Positions 34,702-46,527 of a stretch of 64,000 bases of DNA are shown here, piece by piece. The stretch comes from a virus. Lineage: Duplodnaviria; Caudoviricetes. Positions within the stretch are counted from its first letter, which is position 1. The number at the start of each line of letters is the position of its first letter. The position numbers and the translations under genes were made by a program. Location: IMG/VR virus record IMGVR_UViG_3300029288_005873, positions 160,001-224,000 of that record; one strand, given 5' to 3'. The notes under the pieces were generated by a model. It saw only the letters and a list, made by a program, of their open reading frames with translations, was not told the origin of the DNA and ran no database searches.

Positions 34702-35400
34702 CTATGGTTCACACTTTGGACAGTAGCGATACGTTGGACCCATTCCAGGATCTTTGATCTGGCAGCCACAGGCTGCGCATGTCGCTCTCCCGTCCGTGTT
34801 CAATGACTTCAAACTAGTCGTCCCAATTGAGTATCCCTTTTTATTCTCAAATAGGAACATCTGAGCACTATTCTCTGGAAGACGGTAGAAAGTTCCGTTT
34901 TTCCGAATACCAAATGTTTTGTTTACCGGCGCACCTAACTTCACTTCCGCCGAGGGCTCACCTGAATATACCTCTACATCATCCACATGAATAAGAGTTA
35001 TGTTCTTTGCCATATCGCGCAAAAGAACATTCACCCACCATGTATTAGGAAGGAAAGAGTCCATAGCCAATATGAAATCGGGATTAATCAATACATAATC
35101 ATCCTTTTTTGGAACCATGGTTGCTCCTGGCAAAAATACGGGAGGATCACTTTCGTCAAACCAGATAAGAGATCCCGTTTTGCTCCAAACATCAAACTCC
35201 TGATTAAGGGGTTTGCCAATCTTTAATCTAGACACGCTCATTATGCTAGGATGATTACAAATATCAATGACTTCTACCGTGTTACCAGACTTTACCAAGT
35301 CATATAATATTGACATCCAAGGCGAAGGAGTGGAAAAAAGAGTCAAATGGTTAATGAATACGGGATTTACGCGAACCTTCTACCCCTTTACAGGAAGCAT
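34702..35400 (-). pseudogene. CPKCEP-tail family member 3 (tandem N-domains), in-frame TAG at codon 7
   Basis: ATG at 35400 reads MLPVKG*KVRVNP in frame with ORF 34702-35346, which ends CPKCEP*. Confidence 0.65.
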
Positions 35401-35678
35401 TTATAGGCTCCTGACTGTAGCGCCCTTGAACGGCCAACCCACACAAACAAGCAACGTCACACGTCTGCCTTGAGGGTTTTTTCCGCTCACGGTGAAACCC
35501 GCATCATCGCTTTTGCTACAGCCACGGTACTCTAGAAAAAACACAGCCTTGCCTTCGATCTTGACTTCCGTGAACCCAAGGTTTGTTACGGCGCGTACAG
35601 CATGATCTTCATCAACCATATACCCACATCTAGATACTGCGATAGCACAGCATACCAAGATTACCGCCAGAGCTTTTC

Positions 35679-36326
35679 TCATTCGTTTCCCCTTTCTTCA
35701 TATTCCCTGATTTTTCCAAACACGCGATCGAAAACATACGGATCATTGATTGTTCCTACAGATTTCTGTCCAGGAATGTCTGTCCACACACGACCGTCGG
35801 GCGATACTCTTGGTTCGCCACATCCGAATTTATCCTCAACAACTTCCATGCCGCTTTGTTCACATTCCCAAAGAAGCTTTTCCCAATTCTTCTTGGCTCG
35901 ACCTCCCCTTACCAATATCCTTGTGGCTGTTTTTCTACCCCACCACAACCCAAACTTGTCAGCATCGCGCCAAACCCAAGGCTGGACCATACACATATCA
36001 TGCCAGATGTCACTAGATACGCGCACATTAATTCTATCTGCTGAGCGAGCATCCATCAGAACATGCCACAACCTCTCCTGGCATGTGCCATTCGTCACCA
36101 TGAATAGTGGTTCTCTGGATACGAACGACGCAATCCCAAGCATTACCAGAAGATCAGGATGTAGAGTGGGTTCTCCTCCGCCTATAGCAATCGGAGAATC
36201 GTACATCAAAGACGCATCAACTGCTTTGCGAAAAGTCTCAATTGACATATCCTTGCCTCTTTTAGAACACGAATAGAGGCAATGTGCGCATGTCATCTGG
36301 CATCTAGAGGTTACCTGAACATACAT
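35679..36326 (-). CDS. radical SAM protein
   Basis: CQMTCAHC, GGGEPTLHPD, VTNG. Confidence 0.85.
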   Translation of the reverse strand: MYVQVTSRCQMTCAHCLYSCSKRGKDMSIETFRKAVDASLMYDSPIAIGGGEPTLHPDLLVMLGIASFVSREPLFMVTNGTCQERLWHVLMDARSADRINVRVSSDIWHDMCMVQPWVWRDADKFGLWWGRKTATRILVRGGRAKKNWEKLLWECEQSGMEVVEDKFGCGEPRVSPDGRVWTDIPGQKSVGTINDPYVFDRVFGKIREYEERGNE

Positions 36327-36340
36327 TTAACCACCAATAC

Positions 36341-36703
36341 CTACATTAGAGTGAATGCGATCCGATAGTTTGCGCGACAGCCTTGGAAAAACACTGTAAG
36401 ACTGCCTACGATTTTCTTATCAGAAACCCGAATCACTAGCACAGAAGGTCTGTTGATGAATGCTCCTTCAACACGGAAATGACCACAGGCTAGTTCTCTA
36501 TTGTCTACTGTCTCGATATTGCCAAGAATCGTTCTCGGCGGTTCGGTCGAGCAGTCATGTTTTCTGATCGACGCCAGCGATTTGTATGTGCCAGCCTTGG
36601 CGAAGCACCCAGCTTCGGGGTTTGGAACAACTGTATTAATATCTTTTGTCCCATTCCCAAGGCATGCTGACAAGAATAATACACAAAATACCAACGCCTT
36701 CAT
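36341..36703 (-). CDS. lipoprotein, paralog of 37416-37859
   Basis: Lipobox LSAC; shared CF..G.Y...C...CG...TV.FQ.C.A.Y.I. The track's longer start reads through a tRNA-like RNA. Confidence 0.65.
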   Translation of the reverse strand: MKALVFCVLFLSACLGNGTKDINTVVPNPEAGCFAKAGTYKSLASIRKHDCSTEPPRTILGNIETVDNRELACGHFRVEGAFINRPSVLVIRVSDKKIVGSLTVFFQGCRANYRIAFTLM

Positions 36704-36713
36704 ATTATCTCCT

Positions 36714-36786
36714 TGGACCAGCGACAGGATTCGAACCTGCGTCCCCAGTCGGTTGACCAGGATCCTAACCTCTAGACGACGCTGGA
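36714..36786 (-). ncRNA. tRNA-like RNA / pseudo-tRNA with aberrant anticodon loop
   Basis: CCAGCG/CGCTGG acceptor, Glu-like D arm, GCAGG-TTCGAAT-CCTGT T arm, ends CCA; anticodon loop is 6-nt CAACCG. Confidence 0.7.
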
Positions 36787-37018
36787 AGGTTTCCGTTTTT
36801 CCATAGAGTACAACTGCGTACGTCAGGTTCTTCCATGGCGGAAACAATTCTTGGTTGAGACGATTGACCGCGCACAGTCTCATATCATACAATAGCATCT
36901 TATTTGTGGTGGCAAATTGTCGCTAGCACGGTTTGCGACAACCTGCGAGCCAAAAACTAATGCTATATAATGTGCTAGCCCAAGCACTAGCTGCAGCGGT
37001 ACAAGGTCGCCCGCTTTT

Positions 37019-37369
37019 CTACGGTTCGCACTTTGGACAGTAGCGATACGTTATACCCATTCCAGGGTCTTTAAGTTGACAGCCGCAGACCGCACATGTA
37101 ACCCTCCCGTCCGTGTTCAGGAACTTTAGATTCTTGGCAATCTCTGGATCCTTTTTTTCATTCTCGGCAGAAGCTAATCGAAACCTACTGAAATGCCAGT
37201 GTCCTATCTCTCTATCTTCTTTTTGTTCCCATTTTATGTGTAGCCAAAGTTCATTAGTGTCGTGATACACTACGACACCAATAGTATTGGCGCCAACATG
37301 CATATTATATGCTTCTTTTTCATTCAAAGGGACGACTTTACATCCAATTGGGAAGTCAGAAATGTCCAT
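37019..37369 (-). CDS. CPKCEP-tail family member 4
   Basis: Ends LKFLNTDGRVTCAVCGCQLKDPGMGITYRYCPKCEP*. Confidence 0.8.
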   Translation of the reverse strand: MDISDFPIGCKVVPLNEKEAYNMHVGANTIGVVVYHDTNELWLHIKWEQKEDREIGHWHFSRFRLASAENEKKDPEIAKNLKFLNTDGRVTCAVCGCQLKDPGMGITYRYCPKCEP

Positions 37370-37415
37370 TGTTATTACACCCTATGGGTTTGAATGTAAT
37401 CAAGAACCTACTATG

Positions 37416-37859
37416 TCAGCCTCCAGATTTCTTATGCTGGAGCTTCAGAAGAAGGATTTCGTAAATGGCGTAGCAATCCTGGAAATGGACGGTCATGATG
37501 CCCCTTCCACCATTAGTAGCAAACGCCATAACAATCCTGACGTTAGCTTTCAGTTGGGCGTTGATTTGATTTGTCTCGTTCATTCCACACTTGACCGATT
37601 TCTCGGCAACAAAGGTGGGTGCGGCAAAGTTGTCCAACGGTGCCTTGTCTTGGCATGTCGTTTTTCTCAACTCTCGAACCAGAAGGTACATACCAGGTTC
37701 CATGAAACATGTTGGTTGAGACGTTGGAGCTACAGCTGGTGTATCTGGAACGGTTGTAACAAGAGGTGTGGGAGTAGGAACTGGATTTTGGGTCTTGACG
37801 TGCGCCGCACAGGATACAAACACCAACATTGACAGCATGATTGCGATTTTCATTATCAT
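37416..37859 (-). CDS. lipoprotein, paralog of 36341-36703
   Basis: Lipobox FVSC, Pro/Thr linker, conserved Cys pattern. Confidence 0.65.
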   Translation of the reverse strand: MIMKIAIMLSMLVFVSCAAHVKTQNPVPTPTPLVTTVPDTPAVAPTSQPTCFMEPGMYLLVRELRKTTCQDKAPLDNFAAPTFVAEKSVKCGMNETNQINAQLKANVRIVMAFATNGGRGIMTVHFQDCYAIYEILLLKLQHKKSGG

Positions 37860-38117
37860 CTCCTTTGGTTAGTTAGCCGCTGGCTTCAACTTTCCCTCTG
37901 CGATCTCAAGCACGACCGTGACCTTTCCCCCCGACTCCAAGTGGCGCACGGCCGAAAATCTCCCATTTCCGATCATGTGTACGATCACCCCAGGTTGTGG
38001 AATAGCCTTCCCGCGCCTGTCGAGCGAAAATAGACGCACGACATCTGGAGCTAGGAAGCTGACCTTGATTTCCGACACTCGCTGCTCATTAACCATTGTA
38101 CCGCTCCTTGTTGTGGG

Positions 38118-38191
38118 TGACCACGGCAGGACTCGAACCTGCATGAAAGCCAATTTAGGAAATTGGTGGTCGTCCTTTGACCCACGTGGCC
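38118..38191 (-). tRNA. tRNA-Arg(CCT)
   Basis: GGCCACG/CGTGGTC acceptor, CCAAT-TTCCTAA-ATTGG, GTTCGAGT, A20; CCA not encoded directly after the discriminator. Confidence 0.8.
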
Positions 38192-39326
38192 GTCAATACT
38201 TTCCTGATAGAAGTGCAAAAAGCGACACAAGTTTTGGATCAATGTGCCACTTATCATCGCCCTCCGACCACCATGGCGCAAGAACATCTGAAGCTACAGA
38301 TTTCAAAGATCTCCTAACGCGCCATGCTTTAATTCCAATCTTTTCGGCAATTTCCTTTGTTGTAAAAACCGTCTGTCCGTCTGAACATATATTGCCCAGA
38401 GCTTCAAAAATCTCAGCTATTAGACGCCGTCTCATTCTTCACAATTCCTAATCTTGGGCTTATGTTCAAGGGCTTTACATGCCATCAAATATACATCTCC
38501 GATAGCAAGATCGAATCTAGGTTAGGCAACTGGAGCCGCCAAGTTGACTTTCGTACTAGGAAGCCTGATCGACTTTACACCCCCGAATGATTCAATAGCT
38601 TCTACAAACGCAACCAATGCTTCAATCATTGTTGGTTCTCCGTGGTTCCAGAAATCCAGGTTTCCTTCGAGAGTCGATATATTCTCGATATGTGCGTTCC
38701 ATGAATGCTTCTGTACGCCTCCCTCGACGGTCGATCGTCGCTTCAAATTCGTCGTTCAGTAATATCTCCTCGGCTAATCTAAGGAATTCTTGATCATGTG
38801 CTTCATCCAATTCATCCGCAATCGCTAACCTACGGGCACGCAGAAACTGTCTCCATCTACGCTTGATTGCCATTTTCGACCTCAGGAGGTTCTGGGGTCG
38901 GCTCTATGCGCTGTGCGTGCCAGACCTGACCTTTTACCTGCGATTTGTACAGGAAATCCCAGCCAAGCTTAAGCTCGACAACCATTGTACCAGAACACCA
39001 TACCTGTAGGCGTCGCACCTTTGTCTCATTATTCCAGAACAAATAGACCCAATAGTCGCCCGGACTACTCGGCCATCCATCGGTCCATTCAACTTTCATG
39101 TTGACTCTCCTCGTCATGTGGAATTTCAGGCTCATCTATCGACATGAACCAGAATGGTCGATCAATCTCCCTCTCCCAAATAAAAGCGCCGTTTCTGGCT
39201 ACAGCAATGCCATTGGCACATTGACGAACACGTACCATACCAATTGACCTAGCCATACCAAAACGTGTCTCGTATTCTGTTCTACCGTAGAACCACCACC
39301 ATCCTTCACGATCTGGCCACCTATTC

Positions 39327-40132
39327 TTAATCCACATCCACACACTCTAGAAGCTTCGAGGTTGATGATCCTATGGCGCTTTCAGCCAACCGTTCCATCA
39401 TCACCTTGGCTATCTTTTTCTTCTGACGTGTTGACAACGAAAACGTATTCCACGTCTTGTTTGATTCTATACCGACCGCGATAGTATCATTGATCTCAAT
39501 CCACGCTTCGCTTCTACCCTTTACAAGCCTGACACCTCCGTCAAATTCAATCACAGGATAGTCAGCACCACCCCTATGCTGTAGATGTACCTGACGTATT
39601 GGTAACCAGGACACTTGGTCTATGAGCTGGTCTATCTGAGAACGCATGGGTTTTTTTGCAAATACTAAAGCTCCTGCCGTAAAACCAAGGCAGACACAGA
39701 TTGACGCCACCAGGAAAGACATTTTTCAACTCCTTAGGGATTAAGCAGCTTGGTTTCCGCACTAGAAAGTGCCAACTCCGCAACTCTGTTTCTGAATACA
39801 GATCCAAGCTTCACACGCTCATCTGGCGACAGCCCAATTCTCGTTCCCCTATATTCCAAGAAGGCCGAATTGATTGGTTTATCTTCAGCAATTAAGCGGA
39901 TTCCTCCATCCAATTCAAGAATTGGAACAACGGTTCCAACAATCGGTGATCGGGAAGGAAAACCTCTTTCATCACATCTTCTGTGAACTATTCCGGAAAT
40001 TGGGAGCCACTTTGTTTGCTCCAGAAGTTCGTCGAGCGGTTCTTTTTCGTCTCTATCCCGATTTTTGATGCTTACTCCAATTACCCCACCAAATACCAGG
40101 CAGAGTGACATAAGGGCGATCGTCGTCAGCAT
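39327..40132 (-). CDS. two tandem paralogous membrane-anchored proteins (39327-39722, 39734-40132)
   Basis: Both have an N-terminal TM and L..Q..WLPI...P..E.DGG.RL. Confidence 0.6.
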
Positions 40133-40134
40133 AT

Positions 40135-40983
40135 CTACTCCTTGGCTTCACGCACCATCTCTTCACGCACACTCTCCCATGACATAGAGCACCTATGACA
40201 ACTTGGCACAAACATATCCCTAAACGCCCCATGAAACTGTTTGAATCTGGATCTAAACCCTCCGTTAAGGTAGTTTCCCACCTTATCATATGTCCAGATA
40301 CCAAATGGGCATTTTGAAATCAATCCACCTTCGTCAATTAGGAACTCATACATCCTATCAGGAGCATGACAGTAGCAGCTAAACATCCCAAAAACTGAAT
40401 CCATAGCAAGACTATGCCTGCCAACTGGAATGGGAGGTGACTCGGACCGCTCCTTTGTCGCTACGACATACGGCACCTCAGCTTTATCACATGCCTCTTT
40501 AGCTTTATCGACATGCTTATTTGTGTGCCATTTATCGTATGACAGTGCCAAATATATGGAATCATGACTCTTTAGGAAATCAATAACCCTTCTTCTCAGC
40601 TTTGATCCGCCAGCCCAATCGCCGTTGGACACAAGTCGCATAGCAACTGGTCCCACTGTACTAGCCAAGGTGTTAAGAACATCTTCCCAGTCAGGATTAC
40701 AGAAGAACTCCCCGCCCATAACATTCAGGCGACTAATTTCGTTTGCGACGACAAACTTTGCCACATCACCAGCCATAGCTGGCGTCATGTGATCATTTTT
40801 TCTAGGGTCGCATTCGAAACAGCAATGGGCGCATTTCTGCGTACACTTTGTCGTGATCCTGATTGTTGGTTTCAGACGTCTTGGGCACATGTCCTTTTTA
40901 TCACAGGAATCGCACTTACATGTGCCTGGTCCACCAGGTGCTAGGCATTTCCTCTCCAAGCAGATATCACATGGTGGATTCAT
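40135..40983 (-). CDS. radical SAM protein with Cys-rich N- and C-terminal extensions
   Basis: CTQKCAHC, MGGEFF, VSNG; tail CYC...CPF...CHRC. Confidence 0.85.
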   Translation of the reverse strand: MNPPCDICLERKCLAPGGPGTCKCDSCDKKDMCPRRLKPTIRITTKCTQKCAHCCFECDPRKNDHMTPAMAGDVAKFVVANEISRLNVMGGEFFCNPDWEDVLNTLASTVGPVAMRLVSNGDWAGGSKLRRRVIDFLKSHDSIYLALSYDKWHTNKHVDKAKEACDKAEVPYVVATKERSESPPIPVGRHSLAMDSVFGMFSCYCHAPDRMYEFLIDEGGLISKCPFGIWTYDKVGNYLNGGFRSRFKQFHGAFRDMFVPSCHRCSMSWESVREEMVREAKE

Positions 40984-41568
40984 CGTTTGCCTCTTTTCCA
41001 GATGCGGAAAATGAAGATAGCCGCAGATGCAAACAAGATCCCACCAGGCAATATAGCTAGAAGAACAATGAGTGCTATGCGGATCATGATTTCTCCACGG
41101 TAGCTATTCCCTTTCGGTCACTGGGAGAGTTGCCTCATATTGCTCTAACATAGGCTTTAGCCTACGGTAATCCTCAGATCTGATTGCGGCTCCACATGGT
41201 ATAGATATAATTGGTTGTTGTGTCCTAAACTTGTTTACTTCGACCTTTGTGTTACCTTTCGAGAATAGCCTTTTTGTCTTGAAGATAAGCTGATCAGTCA
41301 TGGTGTCGGTTTTTTCCAACAATTTCTTTGACATAGTATCAATCAGCCAAACAAATCCATTATAAATGGCAAAGGGGCAGATGAATGCGGCAAGTATCGC
41401 ATAACAAGTCATAGTAATGGGCCAAAGAGTTCCCCAAAATGCAGGAAACTCAGCTTTAAGAACCCTTTTCTCGACATTATACATCACAATGGCAATGACC
41501 GAGTAGATCACTGAAAAGAGGAAACCAATTAGAAACGCATACATTATTCTTCTCCTATTGAACCAACC

Positions 41569-41979
41569 TCAAGGTTCGCACTTGGGGCAGTATCGATACA
41601 TCAAACCCATTCCAGGGTCTTTAAGCTGGCAGCCGCAGGCTGCGCATGTTGCTCTCCCGTCCGTGTTCAAAAACTTTAAGTCTTTGGTTATACCAGATTT
41701 GCTGACCTGGAGGAAAAGCGACGGCGCATTGAACATATTATCCGCCATTTTCCAATATGCCCCAGAGACTTCTTTGATGGCTATGCCAGCAAGATATTGA
41801 AGCTTTGGTTCCAAAACAACCAAGATACTTCCCTTATCTTCCTCGTGCTCTTTTATATTCTTTACAGCAAAGGTTCCTTCGTGATTGAATAGATACCTTA
41901 GCTCGGGCGCATATTCTTCTTTCGCTTTTGCCTCAGGATTCACAACAACACTATCCCCGACTTTGGGAATGTAGTTCAT
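41569..41979 (-). CDS. CPKCEP-tail family member 5
   Basis: MNYIPKVGDSVVVNP...CPKCEP*. Confidence 0.8.
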   Translation of the reverse strand: MNYIPKVGDSVVVNPEAKAKEEYAPELRYLFNHEGTFAVKNIKEHEEDKGSILVVLEPKLQYLAGIAIKEVSGAYWKMADNMFNAPSLFLQVSKSGITKDLKFLNTDGRATCAACGCQLKDPGMGLMYRYCPKCEP

Positions 41980-42014
41980 GTTATTCTCCCCATAGGATCC
42001 CAGAACCCATCATT

Positions 42015-42410
42015 CTATGGTTCACATTTTGGACAGTAACGATACATCAAACCCATTCCGGGGTCCTTAAGCTGGCAGCCGCAGGCTGCGCATACCGTCC
42101 GCCCATCCGTGTTCAGGGATTTCAAGTTCTTGTTGGAACTTGATTTTTCGCCAGCAGAAAAAAGAAAGAGCGAGGGAGGATTAGACATATGTCTTGCGGC
42201 ATTCCAATAAGCACCGGTATTGCGACATATGGATATGCCTCTACCATTCTCCAAGACCACAACAATATGACCAGGATTATGTGTATGGTCATGTACCTCA
42301 ACAACAGTCTCATTTTTAATGACTCCTGGAGATGGTCTATACTCCCAATCTAAAGCTTCAGCTGCCGGATTTATGTCCACCACATCCCCAACCTTTGGAA
42401 TGTATGCCAT
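42015..42410 (-). CDS. CPKCEP-tail family member 6
   Basis: MAYIPKVGDVVDINP...CPKCEP*. Confidence 0.8.
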   Translation of the reverse strand: MAYIPKVGDVVDINPAAEALDWEYRPSPGVIKNETVVEVHDHTHNPGHIVVVLENGRGISICRNTGAYWNAARHMSNPPSLFLFSAGEKSSSNKNLKSLNTDGRTVCAACGCQLKDPGMGLMYRYCPKCEP

Positions 42411-42424
42411 GATTTTTTCTCCCA

Positions 42425-42982
42425 CTATGGCTCGCACTTTGGGCAATGCTGATATTTTGGACCGAGACCGATAGGGATCTTCAGCGGACCACCGCATTTG
42501 GCGCAGATCGTTGCGCCAAGTTTTGTGTTAGAATCCCTGAGCTCAACAGGACTCAGACCATCGGTCGAAAATACATCTACGCTTTCCAGAAAACGAGGAT
42601 CAAATAGATTGTCGCGCGCCTCTACCTCTCGCTCTGCCATAGCAATAGCACAAGGAAGTTCTTCTTTTGTATACAACCCAGCGTACTTTGCCCACAAAGA
42701 ATTGTGAAACAAAGTACCTTGTACCGTCCATATTGCTGAAATCTTGTGGCTTTTTGCCAATGGGGATAATGGAGCAGGAACTACTTGAACTCGTTCTCCT
42801 GGATTTAGAATCGGCCATAGCCAGATTTTTGGAATATGTAACGGATGATTGTTTGTCAGATCCCACAAGCCCTCGAGAAATACCGTATCATCCCATATCT
42901 CAGTTACCAGATATGGACGAACAGGAGGATGCCCTATCATTGATGCATTCACTAATACTTCCATACCTTTTTGCAGTATCAT
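42425..42982 (-). CDS. CPKCEP-tail family member 7
   Basis: MILQKGMEVLVN...LRDSNTKLGATICAKCGGPLKIPIGLGPKYQHCPKCEP*. Confidence 0.8.
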   Translation of the reverse strand: MILQKGMEVLVNASMIGHPPVRPYLVTEIWDDTVFLEGLWDLTNNHPLHIPKIWLWPILNPGERVQVVPAPLSPLAKSHKISAIWTVQGTLFHNSLWAKYAGLYTKEELPCAIAMAEREVEARDNLFDPRFLESVDVFSTDGLSPVELRDSNTKLGATICAKCGGPLKIPIGLGPKYQHCPKCEP

Positions 42983-43192
42983 CTCTTATCCTTAACTTCA
43001 GGATACTTTGCTCGCATTTCCAGTACGGCAGAAGCTCCGTATTTATTCACTAGCTCCCACATGGTCATTTCGATTTCGTTACCCTTGGGGTCCAACGTAA
43101 CGAAAGTAATGCTATTTACGACGCCAAGTCCGACGACCGTGGTGTGACGCACAAAGCGTGGAAACGTGTTCTCCATTGTCTTTTCCTCCCGT

Positions 43193-43762
43193 TTACTTCG
43201 AGAAGACATCTACTCCGTGCTTAACTAGCCTGTATGCTCCGACTGCTATAAGGACGGCGCCCACCGCATCGAACGCATACCCAGACTTTTCCCTGATCTC
43301 TTTCCAGTCACTGCGACCGAAAAAGCCCACGGCAAAATCCACGAACGGAGCCAACATTCCAAGGACATAAAGAACAGCACCAGACGATCTGTCCGTTTTC
43401 ACAACCCCTGTTGACATAAGGATATCTGATACAACGAAAGCTGTTGTTCCAAGCGCATATGGCGCAATGGAAATCGCCACATGCGTATTGTCACCAAGCC
43501 TTATGTTGTCAGGATAGTTGTAGTAATAGTAACCAAAATGAAACTTTCCTTCAATACTACAAGGATATGGGGCAAATTTCCCAACTTTAAGACCAGGAAC
43601 TACCGCAAAACTGGTAGTCATGTGTGCCAGTTCATGATGAAGTGTCTCGTGAAAAAACGCAACTGGCACCAAACCAAGAGCGATCCCTAGATTCTTTTTG
43701 TTCACATCTGCCATTGCGCTTGTTGAAAAGGTCAAAATGAGTACCAAAATGATCGCTTTCAT
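43193..43762 (-). CDS. membrane protein, putative zinc metallopeptidase (M50-like)
   Basis: HETLHHELAH, ISIAPY, SDW, several TMs. Confidence 0.55.
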   Translation of the reverse strand: MKAIILVLILTFSTSAMADVNKKNLGIALGLVPVAFFHETLHHELAHMTTSFAVVPGLKVGKFAPYPCSIEGKFHFGYYYYNYPDNIRLGDNTHVAISIAPYALGTTAFVVSDILMSTGVVKTDRSSGAVLYVLGMLAPFVDFAVGFFGRSDWKEIREKSGYAFDAVGAVLIAVGAYRLVKHGVDVFSK

Positions 43763-45948
43763 TTATCTCCCCGCATCAGCCGCGCATTAGCGCAGACCTA
43801 TTGCGAACAATGTACTCCTTCACGATTCCTGGTGTAACCACACCCATATCACATGATCTGAATAGAGCGTAATTGCTAACGCGTCTAACGACTTTTGAAG
43901 GCGAACGTATGAGGACATAGTGATCTTCCATCGCCAACATCCTTCCACCGACACGCCATTCCCAAATCGCAGTTCCTACGTGAACTTTTCTCCAAGCTTT
44001 CCAAGCCATCTTTCTCTCTTTTCTTTGGTTTACAGATCCTTGATCATCTTCCTCAGGATCAGTTCAACAACTACATCGCGATTTGCTCCTAATGGAATAT
44101 TCACATCACTTGTTCGAGCATATCCTAAAACACCCTCAAGTGTCGGATAATAACTATCAAGTGCTCTCTTGATAGTTTTACGACGCACATCTTCTACATT
44201 TGTGGTGGGCTTAGAAACAGGAAGTACAGGATTTGGCAATGAGCAGATAGCACTAGGAGTGATATTCTCAAGCTTAGGCTGATGCTTCATATCTTCCTTG
44301 CGCGCCCGCTCAATTGCTAGAGACAGCTCATACATGTGCCGTCGGTGATTAAACTCCAGCTGAAGTGTTTCCAGGCAGTGGTTTTCAAACCGACCAATCC
44401 AATTCATATGTTGGATACTAGGAAGTTCCTCCGCTTCTCTCTCAGCTGCCTCACGAGAAAGACCGTCCCCGCGCGCAAGTGTGTACTGTAACCAATTCAT
44501 CGAAGCCTCCAAGACGGTCTATCACATCGCTTTGACTAGCTTGGCTAGCAGAAGAATGATCGAGACCGCCACCATGAGGCTCCCCGCAACCCCAGGAAGC
44601 CAAATAGCAAAGATCAGCGAACCAAAGTTCAGCTCTCCGTTACTCAGCTGCCGCCACATGAAGAAAGCTGACATCAAAATCAGCAGAACACCACACAGCA
44701 TGATTCCGATCATCTTTTCCTCCTCAGAAGCCTTCGGTACACAACTCCGCTAGGCATTGTTTTTACAGCACAACCCCTATTCGCAATTCGCAAACTTCTT
44801 ACGCAGCTTTTGGTAAAGAACCCATTCGGGATCTTTCTCCCTGTTCATCCGGATTGTTTCATTCTTTACCGCATCTGGGATTTCCTTCTTCCACCCCATT
44901 ATGAACCAGTTGAGTCTGTCGATCTCCTGAATTGCCCAAAGCCCATCACCACAGTGCCTACAATCATCGATACCGTCCATAACCGCCCTATCATACATGC
45001 TTAGTATGGCGGCACTCGTTTCAGTTGGTAAACATCCTGTGTCCTCCAGTGGATGCATTTTGTGCCAACATTCCAATGCTGCTTTGTTGTCCATTTTTCA
45101 TCCTTTTCGGCGTCCCAATTTCCTACAATGTAGGACTTGTGTCCATTCACCGTATTGTACTCCATGCCACCTATGACCATCAGGTCCATCAAACCATACG
45201 TCGTACCTACGTCCTGCGATATTATGCCTGCCGATTTTAGGTTTCGAGCAGGCAAACCTTAGCGTACCTGGCCAATTGGATACAAACCAAGAACCTTTCT
45301 TCCGCTCCGTTAGATAAAGCGAGAGCTTATCTCCTGTTTCAGAAACAACCATCTTGTGCCGATCCAAGATGGCACAGCAATCATAGCATACTCGACTGCC
45401 GTTATGATACTCGGCATATCCAGTACCGCTAGATTTACTTTCTGGTTTTTCCTTGTCACAGATGGAACAATGAAACGTCGTCACGGCTCACCTATAGCGT
45501 GATTGTGAAGCGACCGACGGACTTGTTGACCTCAGAACGAGACACCTTAGCTCCGCACTTACGAGCAAGGCGCAGTGCCGCCTTGGCATCGTGGCTGATC
45601 CTGGCAACATCAGTGGTTGACGTGCCGTCTTCGCCCATGACCTTCACCATCTGCTTTTTGCTCCACCCGAGCATCTTGGCGAGACCTGATGCCGTGAACT
45701 CCTCGCCCTTGTGGTTGGAAACAAACGCTCTCATCTGCTGGATTCTACTCATGTTTTTCTCCTTTATTTCTTGAGCATAAGCCCAAGAAGCAGTGTTGGA
45801 ATCGGTCCCATGACTACTGCCAGCGCCTTTTGCCACAATGGTGCGCCATTTGGATGACAGGCGTTAACCATCATAGCACTTAGAAAACCACATCCAATCC
45901 AAACTACAGAAACCACACAAGCTACAATTACTGTGATCATTGTTTCTC

Positions 45949-46526
45949 TCAGATCTTAGTCAACTTGTACTTGACTCCTTCGATCTCGACCACTTTCCCT
46001 TCGCAGGTGGACGGCCCTTGACCGTTTTCTTCGTACTTCCAGTCATCCACAATGGGATTGTTCCCTTCCCACCTAATCTCAGCTTCTTTTCCAAATTCCG
46101 AGATCACCACTTCGTAGAATAGGATTATCCCTTCAGCCCAAAGCTTATTGCTTTCGGCATAAAGTTTTTCACCCTCAGCGAAGAATCTGCGACCTTCAGC
46201 ACAAAGCTTGTCACACTCAGCACGAACTTTGTCGCCCTCAGCAAGAAAGCCGCTGCCTTCGGCACAAAGTTTATTGCCTTCAGCAAAAAGCTTACACCTT
46301 TCGACACGAAAGTCTCCACCTTGTTCACGAAGCTTGCGACCTTTAGCCCATAACTTATCGCCTTCGGTGTAGAGCCTTTCTTTTTCGATAGTTAGTTTAT
46401 TACCCTCATTACAGAGCCTAATGCCTTCGGCACGAAGTTTGTCACCTTCGACACGAATTTTTTTTCGCCTTCGGTGTAAAGTCTACACCGTTCATTATAG
46501 GCATTTTGGATCTTTTGGTTGTACAT
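45949..46526 (-). CDS. heptad-repeat (AEGxKLx)n protein, frameshifted at an A8 tract
   Basis: Not in the ORF track. ATG 46526 with RBS GAGGA; 21-bp repeats; a -1 shift at 46458-46465 gives 192 aa ending VEIEGVKYKLTKI*. Confidence 0.7.
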
Positions 46527-46527
46527 T

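Noticed and set aside
34702-42140. Diversity-generating retroelement TR/VR among the near-identical CPKCEP tails
   Set aside because: Differences are mostly synonymous and not adenine-specific; no reverse transcriptase in the window.
46125-46490. CRISPR array, or track ORF 46125-46328 as the real gene
   Set aside because: The repeats are contiguous degenerate 21-mers without spacers; the track ORF is a shadow frame of the heptad gene.
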